A stretch of DNA of 54,520 nucleotides from Candidatus Micrarchaeota archaeon (GTDB taxonomy: Archaea > Micrarchaeota > Micrarchaeia > Anstonellales > Bilamarchaeaceae). The notes below the pieces were generated by a model. It did no database searches. It had not been told where the DNA came from and saw only the letters and a program-made list of their open reading frames with translations. The translations under genes were made by a program, and so were the position numbers. Positions 47,364-54,520 of this stretch are shown piece by piece (the stretch's first letter is position 1; the number at the start of each line of letters is the position of its first letter). Location of the stretch: assembly GCA_040753215.1 (NCBI GenBank), contig JBFMEZ010000001.1, positions 1 to 54,520 of the forward strand, written 5' to 3'.

Positions 47364-48470
47364 TCAGCGCAGCGCAGCCTCCATCCTCTTTTCGTGCTCA
47401 TCAAGAGGGCCGAAATCCCTCTCCAGCTGTTCCTTCAGCATCGGGTCGTAATGGGCGAGCTGGGCCATGGTGGGAAGGCTTTGCACGGGGACGAGAAGGA
47501 ATCTTTTTGCTGCGGCGAGCCTCCTATCCACTTCTGCACGGTATTCCACAAGCTCGTCCGGCTCGCACTGGTATGCGAAATTATATACGTAGGCGTTTAC
47601 GAGGCACCTTGCGAGCCCGGAATCTATTTTTGAAACCCTGACTGCCCGGCTCTCATCCTGCTCAAGCGGCCTGAAAAGCAGGTGCCACAGGAGAGGATTG
47701 GAATCCACCCAGAGCTTCGGCATGAGGCAGGGGGTTATCCAGCAGCCTGAGCCGGCATCAACCATGAGGACGAGGGCGCCCATCCTCTGGTGGGCGAGAA
47801 GCGCGTTCCTTGTCTTCCTTATCCCCTTGGGGGTATCTGCCTGGCCGATGAATTCTGCCTCGAGTATGGTTCCGGCTACGCGGGAGAACGGCATGGCTTC
47901 GGGGTCTATGTAGCCGAGCCTTACACCATCTTCTACCGCAATTCCATGGCGGAGGAGGTAGAAGAGGCGGGAGATGCCCCTGCCTGTGAAATCCTCATCC
48001 CGGCCGTAATGGGTGCGCATGAATTCCCGGTCTGCGGTGCCGGTGTATATATTGTATACTATTGCATCCTTGAAACCATAAGGGCCGAATGCCGCGGTTG
48101 CGAAGGAAGTGAATGCGACAATGCGCCTGCCGCTAAGTGCGAGTATGTCGTGGTAGCGGAGGGGGCCGTATTTCTTCCAAAGTGTGCGCGAGCGGTCCAC
48201 CAGGTTCATCTCGCGGATAGACCTGACCATGTCGGCCCAGGGGCTTTGCTCGTCACGCACAGGGAAGCAGTAGCGGTAGAGAGCGCGGTAATCGGCCGGG
48301 TTGAAATCCCTCATTCCTCGTGGGCTGCGCCACTCAACAAAACAGTCAACCCCGAGGCTCCTCAGCTTCTCTAAGAGTTTCTGCTCCCGGGGGGTTGCGA
48401 GGGGCTCGTAATCACTGGGCTGCAGTTCCCTGTTGTGGAAAGCAATTCGGCGCATATTAATATTGGGCAT
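47364..48470 (-). CDS. Hypothetical protein, possible GNAT-like fold
   Basis: DFTGRGISRL resembles a GNAT motif A; the upstream part of the track ORF is antisense to pyrH; TATA boxes at 48478-48497. Confidence 0.7.
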   Translation of the reverse strand: MPNINMRRIAFHNRELQPSDYEPLATPREQKLLEKLRSLGVDCFVEWRSPRGMRDFNPADYRALYRYCFPVRDEQSPWADMVRSIREMNLVDRSRTLWKKYGPLRYHDILALSGRRIVAFTSFATAAFGPYGFKDAIVYNIYTGTADREFMRTHYGRDEDFTGRGISRLFYLLRHGIAVEDGVRLGYIDPEAMPFSRVAGTILEAEFIGQADTPKGIRKTRNALLAHQRMGALVLMVDAGSGCWITPCLMPKLWVDSNPLLWHLLFRPLEQDESRAVRVSKIDSGLARCLVNAYVYNFAYQCEPDELVEYRAEVDRRLAAAKRFLLVPVQSLPTMAQLAHYDPMLKEQLERDFGPLDEHEKRMEAALR

Positions 48471-48591
48471 GAGAGTGTTTATAAATGTATTTATAAGGTT
48501 TACGCCGGCTGCCAGATGGAAAACCGGAAACGGAAAACTGGGAACCGCAGGACTGAAAACCTTAATAATTATGCGAACACAAGCGTTCTGC

Positions 48592-49275
48592 ATGGCAGTC
48601 GTAATCTCGTTGGGAGGGAGCCTCATAAACGGCACCGGGAGCATTGACCGCGCGTTCCTTAAGGAATTCAGGGAGATTGTGCTGAAGAGCGGCGAGGAGC
48701 TCGGAATAGTGACGGGCGGAGGGAGGGTGGCGCGGGAGTATGCTTCCGCCGCGCGGGAGTTCTGCGGGAACAATTTCGTGGCGGACGAGGTGGCGGTGGG
48801 GGCGACGAGATTGAACGCGGCGCTGGTGGTTTCCCTGCTGGGGGGGGCTGCGCACCCGAGGGTTTTCACGGACTTTGACAAGGCCGCTGCTGCGCTCGGA
48901 GGGCATAAAATAGTGGTAATGGGCGGGACGGTTCCGGGAATAACTACGGACACGGATTCCGTATTGCTCGCGGAGGCGATCGGGGCAAAACGGCTGGTGA
49001 ACCTGAGCAACGTGGAGGGGGTTTATGATTCGGACCCGAAGACGAATCCCTCCGCAAAGAAGTTCGGGAAGATGAGCCATGCGCAGCTCGTGGAGATGGC
49101 GCAGAAGTTTGACCAGAGGATGCCTGGGACGAATTTTGTGTTTGACATGATTGCCTGCAAGCTGGCGAAGAGGAGCGGGGTGGAGCTGCACTTCGTGGGC
49201 GGGAAGAACATCAGGGAATTAGGAAATGCCATCAAGGGCAAAAAGCATTCGGGAACAATCGTTTCAACGCCCTGA
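48592..49275 (+). CDS. pyrH: Uridylate kinase
   Basis: VISLGGS, VTGGG, GGTVPGITTD, NVEGVYDSDP. Confidence 0.95.
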   Translation: MAVVISLGGSLINGTGSIDRAFLKEFREIVLKSGEELGIVTGGGRVAREYASAAREFCGNNFVADEVAVGATRLNAALVVSLLGGAAHPRVFTDFDKAAAALGGHKIVVMGGTVPGITTDTDSVLLAEAIGAKRLVNLSNVEGVYDSDPKTNPSAKKFGKMSHAQLVEMAQKFDQRMPGTNFVFDMIACKLAKRSGVELHFVGGKNIRELGNAIKGKKHSGTIVSTP

Positions 49276-49986
49276 TTATTTTAGGTATTTCGCCACGTCC
49301 TTCTCGCTGAGCGAGAGGAATTTCGGGCTGGTGCGGGTTGCGTACCTGACCTCGACATTGTCCGCGGTGAGCTTGGTCTCGCTTGTCTGCTTGAGGGCTT
49401 CCACCGCGAGCCCGACCGCGTCCTTTATGTCCATCTTGCGGTCGAACTTCTTCTCAAGGAGCTCATCAACCTCCTTCTTCGCGTTGCCTATGGAATCCGC
49501 ATAGTAGCCGGTCATGGCTCCGCTGGGCTCGGCCTCGAAAAGCTCGGGGCCGGTTTTTCCCACGCCCGCAACGAGCAGGGAGACGCCGAAGGGCCTTATG
49601 CCGCCGTACTGGGTGTAGAGCTGCATGAGGTCGCACACGTGCTTTGCGATGGACTCCGTTGGCGCCGGCTCGTTGAAGGTCATCCTGTGCCTTTGCGCCT
49701 GCAGGCGGGCGACCTCCACGAGGCGCCTCGCATCTGCGATGAGGCCGCTCGCGGTCACGCAGACATGGTCCTCCACATCGAAAATCTTCTGCATGGATTC
49801 GGGCACTATGAGGCGCGAGTGGGCCGCCTTGTACGCTACGAGGGCAACCGCATCATCCGTGCAGAGGCCGATTGCGGTAGCGCCCCTCTTCACCGCCTCC
49901 TTCGCATACTCTACCTGGAAAAGCCTGCCGTCCGGGCTGAAGACGGTAATTGCCCTGTCGTAAGCCTGTGGAGTCACACCATACAT
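49276..49986 (-). CDS. psmA: 20S proteasome alpha subunit
   Basis: YDRAITVFSPDGRLFQVEYA, YTQYGGIRPFGVS. Confidence 0.97.
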   Translation of the reverse strand: MYGVTPQAYDRAITVFSPDGRLFQVEYAKEAVKRGATAIGLCTDDAVALVAYKAAHSRLIVPESMQKIFDVEDHVCVTASGLIADARRLVEVARLQAQRHRMTFNEPAPTESIAKHVCDLMQLYTQYGGIRPFGVSLLVAGVGKTGPELFEAEPSGAMTGYYADSIGNAKKEVDELLEKKFDRKMDIKDAVGLAVEALKQTSETKLTADNVEVRYATRTSPKFLSLSEKDVAKYLK

Positions 49987-50051
49987 AACAAGCACCTTCG
50001 CGCATTAATGGAATATAAGAGTTTAAAAAGCTCCCGCATGAACAAGAACCG

Positions 50052-52646
50052 ATGGCAAAACATGCGGGATTGGGCGGCCGGGAAGCTGCGGAGCTGCTCG
50101 CAAAATACGGGCCTAATGAGCTGAAGGAGAGGAAGAAGGAGCCGCTCATAATAAAATTCCTCAGGCAGTTCGCGGATTTCCTGGTAATCATACTGATTCT
50201 TGCAGCGGCTGTGGCTGCGATGCTCGGGGAGATGCTCGATGCGGGGATGATAGCCGCAATCGTCCTGCTGCACGGGGTGCTGGGGTTTGTGCAGGAGCAT
50301 AAGGCGGAAAAGTCGTTTGAGGCGCTGAAGAAGATGGTTTCCCCCAAGGCGAACGTGCTGAGGGACGGGCATGTCGCAGTGCTGGATGCGCGGGAGATTG
50401 TGCCGGGGGACGTGGTGCTCCTGGAGGCGGGGGACAGGGTCCCTGCGGACGGAACCGTGGTCGAATCCTATGCGCTTGCGGCGGATGAGGCGGCGCTCAG
50501 CGGCGAGAGCGTCCCCGTGCACAAGGAGGCGGGGAAGGGCGGGGCGTTCATGGGGACGGTCATTGTCGCGGGAAAGGGGAGGATGCTCGTGGAGAAGACG
50601 GGCATGGAGACGAGGATGGGGAAGATAACCGAGATGGTGCAGACTGTCGAGAAGGAGAGGACTCCCCTGGAACTGGACCTGGAGAGGATGGGAAAGCAGC
50701 TCGGGACCGGGGTGCTGGTGCTGTGCGCGTTCATCTTCCTTGCGGGAGTATTCAGGGGCTTTGAGCCGTTCAGCATGTTCCTTACATCGGTGAGCCTTGC
50801 GGTTGCGGCGATACCCGAGGGGCTTCCCGCAGTTGTTACGATTACGCTCGCGGTAGGAGTGCAGAGGATGAGCAGGAGGAATGCAATAGTGAGGAAGCTA
50901 AAGTCCGTGGAGACGCTTGGATGCGCGGATGTCATCTGCACGGACAAGACGGGGACGCTCACTAAGAATGAGATGACGGTGAGGAAGGTTTTGGCTGGCG
51001 GAAAGGTGTTTGAGATAGGCGGGAGCGGGTATGCGCCGAAAGGTGAGATAGGGCTTGCTGGAGGGGTTCCGGAAACTGGAAGCTGGAAACTGGAGACTAA
51101 TGAAGAGCTGCAGATGCTCATGAGGATAGGGGTGCTGTGCAACGATGCGCACCTGAGGGAGGATGCGAAGACCGGGTGGGGCGTGGTTGGGGACCCAACG
51201 GAGGGCGCGCTGCTTGTGCTTGGAGCGAAGGGAGGGGCCTGGAAGGGGGAGATGGAGAAGGGGAACCCGGTGGTTGTGGAGTTCCCATTCGAACCGGAAA
51301 GGAAGATGATGAGCATTGTGAGGAGAAGCTGGGGCAGGAACGTCGCGTATGTGAAGGGCGCTCCGGAGGTCGTGCTTTCAAAGTGCTCCTGGATATTTTC
51401 GGGCGGAAAGGCCCGGAAGCTCGGGAGGGATGAGAAGGAGGGGATACTCAGGGAGAACGATGCGCTCACCGCAAAGGGGTACAGGACGCTTGCCCTTGCA
51501 TACAGGGAGCTGGATGGGGTGAAGCCGAGGCAGGAGGCGGTAGAGAGGGAGCTTGTCTTTGTGGGGATAGCGGGAATGATGGACAGCCCGAGGGAGGAAG
51601 TGAAAGGCGCGCTGGGGCTGTGCAAGAGCGCAGGGATTAGGGTTGTGATGATTACGGGGGACCATCCGCTTACTGCGAAGGCGATTGCGGATGAGCTGGG
51701 GATAGGGAACGGGAAGGTTATTACCGGGGAGGAGCTGGACAGGATGGGGCAGAAGGAATTCGAGGAAGCGGTGGAGGGGATTTCTGTTTATGCGAGGGTT
51801 TCGCCTGGGCACAAGCTGAGGATTGTGGACGCGCTGAATGCGAAGGGGCACGTTGTGGCGATGACCGGGGACGGGGTGAATGATGCGCCTGCGCTAAAGA
51901 AGGCGGATATCGGGGTGGCGATGGGGATTTCGGGGACGGAAGTAGCGAAGGAGAGCTCGGATATGGTGCTGGCGGATGATAATTTTGCATCAATAGTCGC
52001 AGCGGTGGAGGAGGGGAGGGGAATCTACGAAAACATAAGGAAAACGATTGCATTTCTGCTGTCCGGAAATATTGCGGAGGTGGCGGTGATATTTATTGCG
52101 GTAATGCTGGGAATGCCGCTTCCGCTTATTGCGATACAAATATTGTGGATCAACCTTGTGACGGACGGGCTTCCTGCGGTTGCGCTTGCGGTTGACCCGA
52201 TAGACAGGGATGTGATGAGGAAGAGGCCCCGGGAGAAGGGGGAAAGCATATGGAAAGGGATGGGGCTTTTACTTGTGGAATCCCCGGTGCTGGTTACGTT
52301 CGCTACGATTGCGGTTTTTGCGTACATGCTTGGGAAGGGGGATGTGGTGCTTGCGCAGACAGTGGTTTTCACGATGGTTGTGATGGTGGAGAAGACGCAG
52401 GTCTTTTCCTGCAGGTCGCTAGAGAAGCCTGTGTGGAGGGAGCTTCTTAAGAATAAGTGGATTGTTTATACGACCATACTTACGGTTGCGATGCATTTTG
52501 CGATAATATACAACCCTGCGCTGAATGAGATGTTCCATGTGAAGCCGCTGGAAATCGGGCAGTGGGCGCTTGTATTCGGACTGTGCATCCTTCTTTTTGC
52601 CTATTTGGAATTGAGGAAGTGGATGATAAACAGGAAGAGAACGTAG
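50052..52646 (+). CDS. P-type (IIA, Ca2+-type) cation-transporting ATPase
   Basis: SGES, IPEGL, DKTGTLT, KGAPE, TGDGVND, WINLVTDG. Confidence 0.95.
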   Translation: MAKHAGLGGREAAELLAKYGPNELKERKKEPLIIKFLRQFADFLVIILILAAAVAAMLGEMLDAGMIAAIVLLHGVLGFVQEHKAEKSFEALKKMVSPKANVLRDGHVAVLDAREIVPGDVVLLEAGDRVPADGTVVESYALAADEAALSGESVPVHKEAGKGGAFMGTVIVAGKGRMLVEKTGMETRMGKITEMVQTVEKERTPLELDLERMGKQLGTGVLVLCAFIFLAGVFRGFEPFSMFLTSVSLAVAAIPEGLPAVVTITLAVGVQRMSRRNAIVRKLKSVETLGCADVICTDKTGTLTKNEMTVRKVLAGGKVFEIGGSGYAPKGEIGLAGGVPETGSWKLETNEELQMLMRIGVLCNDAHLREDAKTGWGVVGDPTEGALLVLGAKGGAWKGEMEKGNPVVVEFPFEPERKMMSIVRRSWGRNVAYVKGAPEVVLSKCSWIFSGGKARKLGRDEKEGILRENDALTAKGYRTLALAYRELDGVKPRQEAVERELVFVGIAGMMDSPREEVKGALGLCKSAGIRVVMITGDHPLTAKAIADELGIGNGKVITGEELDRMGQKEFEEAVEGISVYARVSPGHKLRIVDALNAKGHVVAMTGDGVNDAPALKKADIGVAMGISGTEVAKESSDMVLADDNFASIVAAVEEGRGIYENIRKTIAFLLSGNIAEVAVIFIAVMLGMPLPLIAIQILWINLVTDGLPAVALAVDPIDRDVMRKRPREKGESIWKGMGLLLVESPVLVTFATIAVFAYMLGKGDVVLAQTVVFTMVVMVEKTQVFSCRSLEKPVWRELLKNKWIVYTTILTVAMHFAIIYNPALNEMFHVKPLEIGQWALVFGLCILLFAYLELRKWMINRKRT

Positions 52647-52768
52647 TCGGGGGAGGAAATTTGAAAGACATAAATCAGGGGGTTATGAGTACCCCAAAAT
52701 TCGTGGGGAAATCAGAAAGATGGAAGAAGACTGGTGGGGAGGGAATCAGAAAATCAAGGAAAAAATGA

Positions 52769-52805
52769 AAGGAGGGGCAAGAAGTAGGCGATTGCGCCCC
52801 TCCTT
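52769..52805. terminator. GC-rich hairpin between convergent genes, followed by a U-rich tract on the minus strand
   Basis: AAGGAGGGGC / GCCCCTCCTT 10-bp stem. Confidence 0.4.
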
Positions 52806-52895
52806 GCGTTTTGTCTTTGCAGGGGAGGTCATCCCAGCACCGTTCTGAGAGCAGATTTAGCCAAACCGCCGCAGGACTGACGAGGGGCAGAGAAT

Positions 52896-54316
52896 TTAAA
52901 AAACACGCTCAAGCCCTTCCAGATCAACGAGCAGCCAGCCGTTCTCCTTTCCAAACTGCTCAGCCTTCCTGTCAAAGCCGGATTTGGAGAAGAACGCGAA
53001 TTTTTCAGAGCGATGGCCTTTTTTCCAGCCGACAAATGCAGCCTTATCCTTCAGGGCAAGAAGGTCGGTTACGCTAACTGGATTTTCCTGCCATTTGCAC
53101 TCGGCGAATATCGCCAGGGAGTTGGCGTCATCCAGCGCGAGCAGGTCGATCTCAACCTGCTCGTTCTTCCCCTTGCCCCACCATCTGCCGATGCGGTCGA
53201 ATTTCATGGTGCGTATCATGTACTGCCTGCAGACCTCCTCAAAAGCCCGGCCTACAAAAGAATTCTTCTCTTCCTGGAAATGGGCGAACAGCTCATCGAA
53301 CCTGCCCAGCTCGAATTCGCTGCGCTTCCTGAAAACAAACCTGAACCAGAGCTTGAAGAACTGGTTGTTCAGGTAGTACCTTGCCTTCTTGCTGCGGATG
53401 CCTTCGGTTATGGGGAGCTCCTTTTTGAGGGCGCCGAGAAGCTCGGTAAGGTCGTAGAGGTAAGGCCCAAGGGAAGTCCCCTTGACGCCGGAATAATCCG
53501 CGATTTCGTTGGCTTTTGTTTTTCCCAGCGCAGCGGCAGACAATATCCCGTAATATGTGGCTGTGTCCTTGCCGAATTCTTCGACCATTATGTTCTTGAC
53601 TTCATCCCGCAGAGGCGCGAGTTCGCCGTAGACAAGCTTTTTCATGGCCTCGTCCGGTGTTTTAACCCCGTAATCCTCGAGCAGGTCGTAATATTTCGGG
53701 ATGCCGCCGAAAAAAGCATATAACTCGATTTTGTCCTTGAATCCTTTTATGCCGAGGTCGTCCAGAATCCCGCATATGGTTCCGAAGCCGAACTGCTGCA
53801 GGCTGAGAATGTTTGTCGGCCTCTGGAAAAGCGGGGCGTCCTGCTCGATGAACATCCCTTTCAGCAGGCCGAAGCTTGAGCCGGAGATTATTATGAAAAT
53901 CTTTGAGTCATTCCTGTTCAGGTCGAAGAATTTCTGCAAAAGGAACGGCAGTGTTTTATCTATCCATGAGAACCGCTGGAATTCGTCAAAAGCTACTATG
54001 ACCTTCTTTTTCCTGGAGTATTCGAACATATCCTGGAAAAGGTCGTCCCATGAAGAGATGGCAAGCCGCTCCGGCAGCCCAAGCCTTTCCTTCAGCTCAC
54101 CTGAAAACTCCGAAAGAAGCTGGGTGGAGGTTTTTGAGCCGTCTGCATATAAGTAAAGGCCGTCTTCCTGTCTAAAGAATTCCTTGATAAGCTCGGTTTT
54201 CCCTACTCTCCTGACGCCGGTTATCACGCACATCACTGCTTTCTTCTCGGCTGCTTTTGAGAGGGTTTTCAGCTCTTTCAACTCGTTTACACGGTTGTAG
54301 AATTTCATATGCACCA
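52896..54316 (-). CDS. Archaeal ATPase with wHTH, DUF234 and PD-(D/E)XK C-terminus
   Basis: FYNRVNEL, GVRRVGKT, FDEFQ, GGIPKY, GRWW, EIDLLA, AECKW. Confidence 0.92.
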
Positions 54317-54520
54317 TCTTTATTATATTTGTAATTATTACAAACATAATAATATTTAAAGATATCGGATAGCGACGACAGGCAAGCAGGAAACTATAGT
54401 TTTGCGAATTTTTGGTCGACGCAGATTTCTATTAGCTCCCCAAAACTTATCCCGTAATTTTGCGAAAGTTTTTGGAGTGTTTTTCTAAGTTTGGTTATGG
54501 CATCACCTATCGTTTTGCAG

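Noticed and set aside
48471..49010. N-terminal 180 aa of the 548-aa track ORF
   Set aside because: Antisense to pyrH and crosses the divergent promoter; the real gene starts near 48470
52800..52900. 5S rRNA or SRP RNA
   Set aside because: No recognisable 5S loop motifs or SRP helix-8 motif
54398..54476. Short repeat TTTTGCGAA..TTTTTGG, two copies at the window end
   Set aside because: Only two imperfect copies and the context is truncated, so it cannot be interpreted

Overview
Archaeal chromosomal window. Evidence: aIF2-gamma, S6e, RFC-L, proteasome alpha, Elp3, XPD, TATA promoters and bulge-helix-bulge (BHB) introns. An unlinked, divergent 23S gene and the gene mix suggest a DPANN archaeon, probably Micrarchaeota-like (inference). 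Contents: (1) a cluster of secreted or membrane-anchored proteins at 0.9-8.6 kb whose neighbours share domains in a relay; (2) housekeeping genes and tRNA-Gly(CCC); (3) a stand-alone minus-strand 23S rRNA gene with five BHB-type introns, one of 942 nt encoding a LAGLIDADG endonuclease and four of 29-138 nt separated by 11-25 nt micro-exons; (4) a 131-bp duplication of the 23S 3' end that brackets a single Schlafen/AlbA_2-ATPase-wHTH gene; (5) TA/defence modules (Fic, AbiEi/AbiEii, MNT-HEPN, HicBA); (6) VirB2/TrbC-like and type IV pilin-like genes with glycosyltransferases; (7) a dispersed repeat system of (Y/A)GGAAAC heptamer arrays, all on the + strand at 14 or more loci, some carrying a ~54-bp palindromic element with an invertible loop and inserted in frame into genes. 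All family assignments are from motif recognition by eye; no database searches were run.
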